IMG/VR virus record: IMGVR_UViG_3300045988_030121
Coordinates: 1-50,781 of that record
Strand: one strand, 5' to 3'
Source of the DNA: a virus
DNA: 50,781 nucleotides
The notes under the pieces are model-generated. The model saw nothing but the letters and a program-made list of their open reading frames with translations. It searched no databases and had not been told where the DNA came from. The position numbers and the translations under genes are program-made. This document shows, piece by piece, positions 1-7,898 of the stretch (positions are counted from its first letter, which is position 1; each line of letters starts with the position of its first letter).

Positions 1-119
1 GAAATTCTCCATTTCCTCCCGGCGGTCAAGAAGATAGTTGGATGCAAGCACCATCACATCAACCGAGTTCGACCAAAACCATGAGCCGAAATATTCATCC
101 CCGTTCTGCAAGAAGAATC
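1..119. repeat. Terminal direct repeat, copy 1 (identical to 50663-50781); most likely a circularisation/assembly overlap
   Basis: By-eye comparison shows both copies identical over 119 bp. The repeat lies inside the exonuclease coding sequence. Confidence 0.9.
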
Positions 120-450
120 CGCGCAAGAAATTGTTGTCAAACGCGGCATTGTTGTACCCCACAAGAAAGAACTTGTCCTTGCGGTTGAACTTGTCCACAT
201 ACTTTCCGAGCATGTCCACCAATGCATGATATACATCACGCATCGGGGGATATGCAAGGATTTGTTCTTTGGTCACGCCACCCACTTCCAGCGCCTTGTC
301 ATCAATGGCGGCTTTGGAATTTGGCTGCACCTTGAAATCGAATTTCTCTTTCACCATGCCATCAATGACTATCTGGCCGCTGATTTGGTGAATGCCATGC
401 TTTCCGGGGTTTGTCCCGGTTGTCTCCAAGTCGAAGAAAAAGAGTTTCAT
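1..450 (-). CDS. DnaQ-like DEDDh 3'-5' exonuclease, N-terminal 150 codons. The ORF runs off the window edge and continues at 50662->50552; full length is 186 aa.
   Basis: Absent from the ORF track because there is no stop codon in the window. ATG at 450-448. MKLFFFDLETTG is the ExoI motif and GYNNAAFDNNFL is ExoII. The frame is continuous with ORF 50552..50773, which carries HDAQYD (ExoIII, H-x4-D). Confidence 0.85.
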   Translation of the reverse strand, partial: MKLFFFDLETTGTNPGKHGIHQISGQIVIDGMVKEKFDFKVQPNSKAAIDDKALEVGGVTKEQILAYPPMRDVYHALVDMLGKYVDKFNRKDKFFLVGYNNAAFDNNFLRGFFLQNGDEYFGSWFWSNSVDVMVLASNYLLDRREEMENF

Positions 451-461
451 TGTAGATTTTC

Positions 462-476
462 GTATTACTATAACAC
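462..476. promoter_or_regulatory. 15-bp palindrome family, copy a (GTATTACTATAACAC; consensus GTGTTA-N3-TAACAC)
   Basis: Lies 11 nt upstream of the exonuclease ATG. Matches the other four copies at 14/15 positions. Confidence 0.6.
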
Positions 477-483
477 AAATTTA
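476..483 (-). promoter_or_regulatory. Bacteroidota-type -7 box TAAATTTG (minus strand) abutting palindrome a
   Basis: The minus strand reads AGTAAATTTGTGTTATAGTAATAC...ATG and matches TAnnTTTG. The predicted transcription start would fall inside the palindrome. Confidence 0.45.
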
Positions 484-484
484 C

Positions 485-1561
485 TTAAATTTTGGATAAC
501 CATTGCAACCATACTTGATTGCTCACTTGCGCCATCATCAGGGGCGGCACGGACATCCCGCAAATATAGTGTGCTGATTGTCCGCAAAAGTTGTAGTCCT
601 GTGGGAATGTCGAAAGACAACACACCTCTGATTGGCTCAAATACCGGGGTTGCTCAAAATGAACAAGGCATGATTCTTTTGATGCAAGTGTCGGAGAAAC
701 TTTGTCTAAATAGACATATTTATGGTTGAAGTTCGAATCTTTGCCATACAAGCGCATGTTAGCATCACCCTGTGAGACATCACCACGAATACGGATATCC
801 CACAGTTTCTTGATGACCGGCGAATCCGCCAATCTGCCTTTGAAATCAGCAAATTCACCAAAGATGATAGGCGCTTCATTGAACTCCATTTCCAACGCGG
901 GCTTTTCCTCAAAAAGATTCACTTGTTTCAGGAATGGTGCGCAAAGGTCTTTCCGCAAGCATACGAAAAACACCCTTTCACGCCTTTGGGGAACGCCCAT
1001 TGTTGCACTGTTCAAAAGGAAATGTTGTACCATATATCCGGCCTTGTCAAATTCATCATAGATTCTTACTACATACTTTTGCGCTTCACCGAGCAACAGC
1101 CCTTTTACATTCTCCGCAATTACCACTTTGGGTTGCAACTTCTTTGCAAGGTCAATGAAATCGAAGAAAAGTGTATCAAGGACTTGTGATGCCTGACCCT
1201 CTCTGAACTTCTTTTCCACACCCCATGCATCTTCACGGCTTCCGGCGATTGAGAATGTCGAACAAGGCGGTGAACCATCCAAGATGTCAAGCTGATACAA
1301 TTCATCGGGCAAGTCATCACGCAACTTGAATGTCTGTATCGGCTCTAAGAAGTTGAAACGCGGGTTGTGGTTTTGACAATAAGTGTACATCATGCGGGGG
1401 TCAATTTCATTGCAGCCTATAACATCGTAACCGCTTAATTTATAGCCCATTGAACTGCCCCCCCCACATGCAAAACACGAAAAGACCTTACCCTTATCCT
1501 TTGTAAAGGCCGCATCTTTCAGTGTCCAACGGTAGTTGAATTTGTGGGGTTGATATTTCAT
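485..1561 (-). CDS. DNA (cytosine-5)-methyltransferase, orphan (no adjacent endonuclease)
   Basis: 358 aa. Motif I FSCFACGGGSSMGY, motif IV GSPPCSTFS, motif VI AENVKGLL, motif VIII QRRERVFFV, motif X GMSVPP. Confidence 0.9.
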   Translation of the reverse strand: MKYQPHKFNYRWTLKDAAFTKDKGKVFSCFACGGGSSMGYKLSGYDVIGCNEIDPRMMYTYCQNHNPRFNFLEPIQTFKLRDDLPDELYQLDILDGSPPCSTFSIAGSREDAWGVEKKFREGQASQVLDTLFFDFIDLAKKLQPKVVIAENVKGLLLGEAQKYVVRIYDEFDKAGYMVQHFLLNSATMGVPQRRERVFFVCLRKDLCAPFLKQVNLFEEKPALEMEFNEAPIIFGEFADFKGRLADSPVIKKLWDIRIRGDVSQGDANMRLYGKDSNFNHKYVYLDKVSPTLASKESCLVHFEQPRYLSQSEVCCLSTFPQDYNFCGQSAHYICGMSVPPLMMAQVSNQVWLQWLSKI

Positions 1562-1574
1562 TGATTGAAATGGT

Positions 1575-2162
1575 TTACTTGTTCAATATGTCATCCACCC
1601 TGTCGGCGATGACACGAAAGTTCTTGTTGTACTTGTATTCATCCGAATAGACTTTGAGCAAATGAAGAATGGCCGAATGTGTCCGGTGGATATACTTGGA
1701 AATCTCCGACAACTTCATCTTGTTGCTCTTTCTGCAATGGTAGATGAAAATCATCCGGGCAAAGACACAATCCTGCTTCCGGGAATCATTGTCATATTCC
1801 CCGAATTTCAGCCCCGTCACCTCATGGATGGCATTTTGCAAAAGCATGATGGACAAGTCCCTGTTGATGATTGCGGATTCAAAGAGGATGTATTTGTCGG
1901 ATTCAAGAGCGATATTGTATTCAATCCGCGCCCCACGCGATGACCGCCAGCAATCAAGCATGTAGATGGCATCGCATGACATGAGCAATTCGACATCCTT
2001 GACGATGTGCCTTTCCCACGGCTCCGAGACCGCAAGACCGTTTTTCAGGGGGTTCACAACCTCAAATCCCGCGGATTCAAGGAATGATTCTGCCGTGTTG
2101 AATCTGTCACGGACAACATCAATGGGAAACCCCGTAATCTTTCCCGAAATGTAGATTTTCAT
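1575..2162 (-). CDS. DUF4406 (nucleoside 2-deoxyribosyltransferase-like) domain fused to a DnaA domain-IV-like HTH
   Basis: The N-terminal part MKIYISGKITG...CDAIYMLDCWRSSRGARIEYNIA has the DUF4406 pattern. The C-terminal part SRKQDCVFARMIFIYHCRK..KLSEISKYIHRTHSAILHLLKV follows the DnaA C-terminal pattern (SR..ARQIAMYL.R.....SL.EIG..F.R.HSTV.HA..KI). Confidence 0.7.
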   Translation of the reverse strand: MKIYISGKITGFPIDVVRDRFNTAESFLESAGFEVVNPLKNGLAVSEPWERHIVKDVELLMSCDAIYMLDCWRSSRGARIEYNIALESDKYILFESAIINRDLSIMLLQNAIHEVTGLKFGEYDNDSRKQDCVFARMIFIYHCRKSNKMKLSEISKYIHRTHSAILHLLKVYSDEYKYNKNFRVIADRVDDILNK

Positions 2163-3046
2163 TTTCCTTGCTGTTGATTGTATAAAAACCTATTGATGAA
2201 GTATTCTTGGCCTTTGGCCGTCACTTTGGTGGTGTTCTTTTCGATGATTTGCCCGTTTGGAAGCTGAACGCGGGATGCCTTGATGACAAACAAGCCTTGT
2301 TCGATGTATTTCTGCCGTGGCAAGTTGTATTCCGACCCCATTGCGCAAAGGAACTGATTGTCACGCATCCATTGGAAAAGGCGCATTTCACCGGTAGTGA
2401 TTCCATATTGGCAAAGCATCTTGGCCAATTCACCAATCGTGACAAGTTCTTGCGTTATCTTGATGGTGGATGACCTTTGCGGTGTGGCTGCCTGACCCCG
2501 GCCCGCTTTTGCGATGAAATCAAGAATGGCATCCAGCTTTCCATTGATGGCCGCCTGATTCTTTTCGAAAATGGCAAGCCGTCCAATGATGTATGACATG
2601 GTTTCCTCTTGCGATGCTTCCGGGGCTTCATTTTCCCTTTCCGAGCCATTTGACGGCTCAAAGAGTGTTCCGGTGGCCTGTTGCCCATCCGTTCCGGCTT
2701 CTTTTGTTTCAGGGGCGATTGCGGGCTTTTCAAGGGGTGCATCCCCGATGGCCTGTTCCACGGCTTCGAACCGTCCGAGGATTTCGGACACTTCAAGGGT
2801 GATTCCGTGAATGGTCTTTGTAACATCAATGAACCCGCGCTTGTTCATCACGAACTTTGGCAAGACCTTGCCGCCATTGATGTATGTGGATTGATAGAAA
2901 TTGCTTCCGCCGCCATGTTCGATAATTCGGCGGATTGCCTTTGTGATATTGGAATGTCTGCGATTCAGGTATTCCGCAATCAGCACGGAATCAGTCACCG
3001 GTGTGCCTTTGTCCGTCCTGTAAACAATAAGTTGTAGATTCTTCAT
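2159..3046 (-). CDS. Rha-family regulatory protein with a KilAC/ANT antirepressor C-terminal domain
   Basis: PVTDSVLIAEYLNRRHSNITKAIRRIIE is Rha-like. ELAKMLCQYGITTGEMRLFQWMRDNQFL...LPRQKYIEQGLFVIK is KilAC-like. The start was moved to the ATG at 3046 because the track start at 3169 overlaps the upstream gene by about 100 nt. Confidence 0.75.
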   Translation of the reverse strand: MKNLQLIVYRTDKGTPVTDSVLIAEYLNRRHSNITKAIRRIIEHGGGSNFYQSTYINGGKVLPKFVMNKRGFIDVTKTIHGITLEVSEILGRFEAVEQAIGDAPLEKPAIAPETKEAGTDGQQATGTLFEPSNGSERENEAPEASQEETMSYIIGRLAIFEKNQAAINGKLDAILDFIAKAGRGQAATPQRSSTIKITQELVTIGELAKMLCQYGITTGEMRLFQWMRDNQFLCAMGSEYNLPRQKYIEQGLFVIKASRVQLPNGQIIEKNTTKVTAKGQEYFINRFLYNQQQGK

Positions 3047-3068
3047 AATAGATTTTGATTTGATGTGA

Positions 3069-3785
3069 TTAAATTCTTCTTCTGTCTTTGCCGGTAATCT
3101 CAAAGTAATTGCACATTTCATTGAGCCTTGACGCGCATCTTTCCCCATACCTCTGCACAAACCGTTCATGAGCGAATGGGATGTTGGATGTTATCAATGT
3201 CATCTTGTCAGTGCAATCCCCACGAAATTCAAGTATAGCCCGCATCGGTTGCACCCTGTTGCCCATGAACACGGATTCTTCCGGTTCCGCGCCCAAATCC
3301 TGAAACCCGATGATTGGCATGGTCTTGTATTGCTGGATTTCCCCGGCCGTGGTGAAGCCGTCACAAATGACATCCGTGCGCACATTCTTCCATCGAAGCC
3401 CAATTGTGTTGCGGCCGAATGTGATTTGCGGGTTGTCCACAAGGCAATAAGCCGTCATGATGTCCAAGCACCAGGACTTGCCCGTCCCCGTGTTTCCGGC
3501 AATGTAGATGCCTTTGTGCAAATCACCCTGAATCCTTTGTTTCGTGACCGGGTGCAAGCACTCCATTGATGAATCACCATGCACCCACCTGATGATGTTC
3601 TCATAAGTGAAGCAGTTTTCATCATCAATCCGGAAGTTCGGATTGCGGGACTTTCCGAGGGCTTCCACCACATTCATGGCGATTTCCATCTTGAAAGGCA
3701 AGTATTGATACCGGCGAATGGTCGGCAAGAAGCCGTATTCATGCACTTTTCCGAGCAATTCGGCAATGTTTACTGAGTTGGCCAT
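3069..3785 (-). CDS. DnaC/IstB-like AAA+ ATPase (putative helicase loader)
   Basis: Walker A IAGNTGTGKSW. Walker-B-like IIGFQDLGAE. 238 aa, located in the replication module. Confidence 0.7.
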   Translation of the reverse strand: MANSVNIAELLGKVHEYGFLPTIRRYQYLPFKMEIAMNVVEALGKSRNPNFRIDDENCFTYENIIRWVHGDSSMECLHPVTKQRIQGDLHKGIYIAGNTGTGKSWCLDIMTAYCLVDNPQITFGRNTIGLRWKNVRTDVICDGFTTAGEIQQYKTMPIIGFQDLGAEPEESVFMGNRVQPMRAILEFRGDCTDKMTLITSNIPFAHERFVQRYGERCASRLNEMCNYFEITGKDRRRI

Positions 3786-4555
3786 ATATCATTCACTTGG
3801 GTTTGTTTCTTGCCCTGTGCGGGCTTGTTGTCATAATTGCCCTCATATACTTTCATCCAATTCTGCGGGTTCTTGAAAATCCAATCAAATGATGCCCATG
3901 AGCCGTTGCGCATAAAATCGGAGTTCTGCATCTTCGTGAACACGGTTTCAAGGACGGCCATGTCACCTTTCATTTCTTCGATGCGGGACTTGATTTTCTT
4001 TTTCCGTTCATCGGTCAGCTTCATGATGCGCGGGAAAGAAATGCAGATGCGGTGATACATGGAAACAATTTCATCGAAATTCACCTTTTCATGCGAATCC
4101 GCATTATCTGATTTATCAGATATTAAAATATCTTTTTCTTTCCTTTCCTTTTCTTTTATAGCATTGCAAGTGTCTGAATTTTCATTGCAATTGCTCTGCA
4201 TTTGCATTTGTCCCCTTGATTTCCAAGAACTTATGGCGGCACTTTTTCGCTTTTCGGAAATCTCTTTCCGGCGAGAAAGCCGGGAATTTACGGATTCCGA
4301 CCAAAAGTTTTCACCATCATTTTGGAACAAATTGAAGTCTTTTATGACACTTTCCACATCTTTGCTTTCAATGTGCATAGCAAATGCAATGCTTTTGCAT
4401 TGTGCAAGAGACAACACCCCTCCCTGCTCATAAAGCTGTTCGATGATGCACCAATAAACACCGATTCCGGCAACGCCCTTTTCCATCAAAAGGGATTGCA
4501 ATTTCGGGTCATTCCGCGCATTGAAATCGTGTTGAAAATAAAATGTCTCTTTCAT
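3770..4555 (-). CDS. DUF4373 (Lin1244/Lin1753-like) replication-associated protein
   Basis: The N-terminus MKETFYFQHDFNARNDPKLQSLLMEKGVAGIGVYWCIIEQLYEQGG matches the DUF4373 pattern from memory. Adjacent to the DnaC-like gene. Confidence 0.6.
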   Translation of the reverse strand: MKETFYFQHDFNARNDPKLQSLLMEKGVAGIGVYWCIIEQLYEQGGVLSLAQCKSIAFAMHIESKDVESVIKDFNLFQNDGENFWSESVNSRLSRRKEISEKRKSAAISSWKSRGQMQMQSNCNENSDTCNAIKEKERKEKDILISDKSDNADSHEKVNFDEIVSMYHRICISFPRIMKLTDERKKKIKSRIEEMKGDMAVLETVFTKMQNSDFMRNGSWASFDWIFKNPQNWMKVYEGNYDNKPAQGKKQTQVNDIWPTQ

Positions 4556-4571
4556 TGTTGCGAGTGTCTGA

Positions 4572-4605
4572 AAAGCCCCTCAAATGCCCAAATTCAAGGG
4601 GCTTT
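4572..4605 (-). terminator. Hairpin (9-bp stem AAAGCCCCT/AGGGGCTTT, 16-nt loop) between two early genes; possible attenuator or terminator
   Basis: Inverted repeat read directly from the sequence. The 3' arm ends in a short U run on either strand. Confidence 0.35.
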
Positions 4606-4620
4606 CGGTGATACTTGATT

Positions 4621-5364
4621 TTAGATTTCGATGATGGCGATGTCTGGTGCAATCTTCTTGATTGCTTCAAGCTGTGCATCAATCTCCGTGGCCTTGATTT
4701 CCTCATACAAGGCCGCCGCATCGGGCGAAATCAGGATGAAAGAGACATCACGCCCGGAAATCTTGGCAAAGGTCTCCACTTCGATGGATTCCGGCCGGCC
4801 GCCTTTCAGGACGGGGATGTTGATGGTGAATGATTCCGGCAGATTCGAATCCACTATCTGTGAAAAGTTGTCGGTTCTGTCACCGTTTTCGCGGGCGGGT
4901 TTCGCAATGGAATTGTTCACTGTTGCGACAAAGTTCATGAGGGTCGAAACCAATTTCATGTTCTCTGTCCTGTCCGCAAAGAAAGTGCGGTTCATTTTCA
5001 GGAACATGCCCAATTCCGTGGGTGTCCACACAACGGAAGAATCATTGATTCCAAATTCAAGGAACTTGGGATTGAAGGCCAATGCACCCTTGACCGTGCC
5101 GCGCTTGTATTCATCCGCTTCATTAGTGATAAGGGTGATTTCCGCCTTGTCCCTGTCTACAAGGATATGGCAATTCTTCTGCGAGAATTGACATGCTTCC
5201 ACCCTCTTTTCAAGCCATTCATTGACGGCTCCGATTGTTCCGGAAATGTTGATTTTGACCGGGGCTTTTTCATCAAGCACTTTGGCGGCCGGGGCTTCAC
5301 GCAAGGTGATTTCCACATTGTCCACGCCGGCGGGAAGATTGAAGATTGTTTTTTCTGTTTCCAT
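4621..5364 (-). CDS. Hypothetical early protein
   Basis: 247-aa ORF with an ATG start, co-oriented and tightly packed in the early operon. No motif recognised. Confidence 0.6.
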   Translation of the reverse strand: METEKTIFNLPAGVDNVEITLREAPAAKVLDEKAPVKINISGTIGAVNEWLEKRVEACQFSQKNCHILVDRDKAEITLITNEADEYKRGTVKGALAFNPKFLEFGINDSSVVWTPTELGMFLKMNRTFFADRTENMKLVSTLMNFVATVNNSIAKPARENGDRTDNFSQIVDSNLPESFTINIPVLKGGRPESIEVETFAKISGRDVSFILISPDAAALYEEIKATEIDAQLEAIKKIAPDIAIIEI

Positions 5365-5379
5365 GATGGTAAATGTTTG

Positions 5380-5835
5380 TTAGTTTGCGATTGCTTGTTT
5401 CCTGTTGTTGTCGGTGTTGGTCTTTCGAGCCAGCTTGAAAAGGTTGCCTTGCATTTCATCGGCCGTGGCCGGTCTGACTTCAATGAGGTTTCCATCCGCA
5501 TTGTAGAACCCGGTTTCCCCGGCTTCCTGGTCGGTAATCCTGTAACATTCTTCCGTCACAAGTTCGGCTTTCGCCTTGATGTTGCCCACAAGAATGTTCT
5601 TTTCCTCATGCAATGGTTTCAAGTCACCCTTGAACACTTCCATTGCAGCTTTCTTCTTGGCTTCGATGTCCGAAATCTTGATTGAGACATTCGCCAAATC
5701 CTCTTTCTTGCCCTGCAATTCGGCTGCGGAATAAGGCTTCATATAAGTCTTTTCCACCACTTCATCCGCATTATCAGACAAGAAGATTTTTCGCAAATTG
5801 ACATCCTTGATGTCCTGACCAATGTATTTTTCCAT
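5380..5835 (-). CDS. Hypothetical early protein (coiled-coil-like, charged)
   Basis: 151-aa ORF with an ATG start, in the early operon. Confidence 0.6.
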   Translation of the reverse strand: MEKYIGQDIKDVNLRKIFLSDNADEVVEKTYMKPYSAAELQGKKEDLANVSIKISDIEAKKKAAMEVFKGDLKPLHEEKNILVGNIKAKAELVTEECYRITDQEAGETGFYNADGNLIEVRPATADEMQGNLFKLARKTNTDNNRKQAIAN

Positions 5836-5847
5836 AACGCTTTCGGT

Positions 5848-6366
5848 TTAATCAAGGAACATTTCATTGTACAAGGCCGTGAATGTCTCTCCGAATTTGC
5901 GAGCTGTCGCGGACGATTTGAAGCAAAGCCGAGAACCGAAATTCGCATACGTATACGAAGCCGTGCTAGCCGTATGCGCATACACGAAGCCCGCATGGGG
6001 GGATTTATAGACAAACCACGGATAATATTTGTATTGGCTTGAATTTGAGAAATCAGGCACAAAGCCGTCAATCTTGTTCCATGCCTTTGCGATGATGGCC
6101 AGCTTATAGAAAGCCACGGCGGATTTTGCGATTCCATTGTCTCCTTTCAAGGCAATCGCGCTTTCGGGGATTCCGAGAAACTTGCAAGCATCGCCGAAAG
6201 TGAGGGGATAATCATCAATGTCTTTTTCCTCACACACCACATCGAAAACGGTATCAATCTGGTTGTCATCAATTGCTTCTGTCACAAATTCCGATGCTTC
6301 GACTTTCGTGTCAAATGTTCCGATGATGGAATCATCACTTTTGAGTTTTACGATAAATTTTTTCAT
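5848..6366 (-). CDS. Small DGR variable protein (remote second target carrying VR2)
   Basis: 172 aa with no signal peptide. The C-terminal part ...PHAGFVYAHTASTASYTYANFGSRLCF... is encoded by a 76-77-bp copy of the template repeat that differs only at template adenines. Confidence 0.8.
   Translation of the reverse strand: MKKFIVKLKSDDSIIGTFDTKVEASEFVTEAIDDNQIDTVFDVVCEEKDIDDYPLTFGDACKFLGIPESAIALKGDNGIAKSAVAFYKLAIIAKAWNKIDGFVPDFSNSSQYKYYPWFVYKSPHAGFVYAHTASTASYTYANFGSRLCFKSSATARKFGETFTALYNEMFLD
5921..5997 (-). repeat. DGR variable repeat 2 (VR2), homologous to TR 17902-17978
   Basis: Hand alignment is ungapped with 10 mismatches. All 10 are at plus-strand T of TR, that is A in the sense strand. 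Homology is lost beyond 5997. Confidence 0.85.
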
Positions 6367-6378
6367 TGTTGCGTTAAA

Positions 6379-7122
6379 TTAAAATGGTGTTTTGTCAAAT
6401 GGAATTGTCATCCCCGGTTCTGCGACATGGACGGTCTTGCCGGTTGCTTCCGCGATGCCGTCCTGAAATTCCCTTGCATTGGAATTGCCATCGGAAAGGT
6501 GAATCAAGACAATGTTGTTCACGGCTGTCAGGTCATTGGCTTCCATGATGGCCCTGCATGTATCAAAACTGCAATGGCTTCGCAAGGTGCGGTTCTTGAC
6601 CCTTTCCGGCAACTTTCCCGCCCTCACATTGGCTTCCAAGATGTCTTTCCGGAAATTGCATTCGATAAGAATGTTGTTCAAGCCCTGAAAGGTGTATTCA
6701 AGAAAGTATGTGTCGGTGGCGAACAAGGCCGTTCCCATTTCCGGGTGATGAATGAGAAATCCGAAAGGCTCACGGGCATCATGTTCAGTGTTGAACGGAT
6801 GCACGGTGAATGAGCCAATCTTATACGAATGCAATTCTTGCATCAAGTGGACACGCCGGGCATTGGTGATTCCAAGTTCCGCGGCCGTCCCGTTGGACAT
6901 CCAGCAATCAATGCCCGATTCAAGGCACTTTCCGGCTTGTTTGGCGTGGTCTTGATGCTCATGGCTTATCAAGCATCCAACCACCCCCGATATGTCGAAA
7001 TTAAGGGCTTTTTTGATGTCCTTGAAAGACACGCCGCATTCCACCATCAGGATTTCACCGTCCGATGCCCGGAACAAGTAACAATTGCCTTTTGAGGATG
7101 AACCCAAGATTTGCAAATTCAT
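6379..7122 (-). CDS. MBL-fold metallo-hydrolase (putative recombination-associated nuclease)
   Basis: HxHxDH motif LISHEHQDHAK. 247 aa, next to recT. Confidence 0.85.
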   Translation of the reverse strand: MNLQILGSSSKGNCYLFRASDGEILMVECGVSFKDIKKALNFDISGVVGCLISHEHQDHAKQAGKCLESGIDCWMSNGTAAELGITNARRVHLMQELHSYKIGSFTVHPFNTEHDAREPFGFLIHHPEMGTALFATDTYFLEYTFQGLNNILIECNFRKDILEANVRAGKLPERVKNRTLRSHCSFDTCRAIMEANDLTAVNNIVLIHLSDGNSNAREFQDGIAEATGKTVHVAEPGMTIPFDKTPF

Positions 7123-7145
7123 GGCCTTTCGGATTTCATTGGTGA

Positions 7146-7898
7146 TTAGAATCCCGGCCCTGCGGGGCCTGCGTTTTCAGCGGGCGCGGGCTGTTCGGGG
7201 GCCTGTGAAATCTCAACCGGGGCGGCCGTTGCATCCTGTGCGGGGATGCTGATGGACTTCTTGTTGCCCTTGTTCCTGATTTCTTCATCCACCTGTTCCT
7301 GATAGTCCACGGTGGTTTGTTCCTCTTGGGTGTACATTGCGCCAAGTTGTGCGGGGAATGCTTCACGAAGCGCTTGCACCTTTGCAATCTTGGAAATCAT
7401 CGTGGACGGCTTTTCTTTCCACAAGGATTGCTTCTTGTCATATTCGGCAAGGCTCACTTTGGACACATATGGGAATTTCTTGTCGGAACGGTACACCTTT
7501 GCCCATCCGCCCAAGAGTGTATCACCGGGGGCAAGGAAACAACCCTCGACTTCAATGACCTCTTTGCCACGAAGCACGATGATGCCGGCTTGCAGACCAT
7601 CGTAATTCTCACAAGCATCGGCCCGCTTCAAGAGGGCTTCTTTTGACACAACCATCTGCGCCGGCTGATTGCCGTACTTGATAAGGTAGGCTTCATTCAG
7701 GAACGGATTGAGTTGATTGAACTGACAGATGGAAATGAACTGCACGATGTCGGCATCTTCCACATTGGTTGCCCCTTTGGTAAGGTAGTTGCGCACTATT
7801 GTGCGGCTCAATGTAACATCCTGACCCGCGGATTTGTAGGTCACGGCTTTCTGATTCTCAACGGCGGAAACCACCGCCACTTCATTGTTGTTTGCCAT
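7146..7898 (-). CDS. recT: RecT-family single-strand annealing recombinase
   Basis: QFISICQFNQLNPFLNEAYLIKYG...GGWAKVYR...KSLWKEKPSTMISKIAKVQALREAFP are typical RecT blocks. Confidence 0.9.
   Translation of the reverse strand: MANNNEVAVVSAVENQKAVTYKSAGQDVTLSRTIVRNYLTKGATNVEDADIVQFISICQFNQLNPFLNEAYLIKYGNQPAQMVVSKEALLKRADACENYDGLQAGIIVLRGKEVIEVEGCFLAPGDTLLGGWAKVYRSDKKFPYVSKVSLAEYDKKQSLWKEKPSTMISKIAKVQALREAFPAQLGAMYTQEEQTTVDYQEQVDEEIRNKGNKKSISIPAQDATAAPVEISQAPEQPAPAENAGPAGPGF

Noticed and set aside
1-119. Terminal repeat as a genuine physical DTR of the virion DNA
   Set aside because: The repeat sits in the middle of a coding sequence and has a k-mer-like odd length, so an assembly overlap is more parsimonious. 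This cannot be settled without read data.
3047-3169. Longer N-terminal extensions offered by the ORF track (2159..3169, 8018..10015, 14870..15523, 47877..48485, 48521..49096, 49009..49443, 32149..32529)
   Set aside because: The extensions either start at TTG/GTG codons or overlap the upstream gene or regulatory elements by 40-160 nt. In each case an ATG lies right after the upstream stop codon.
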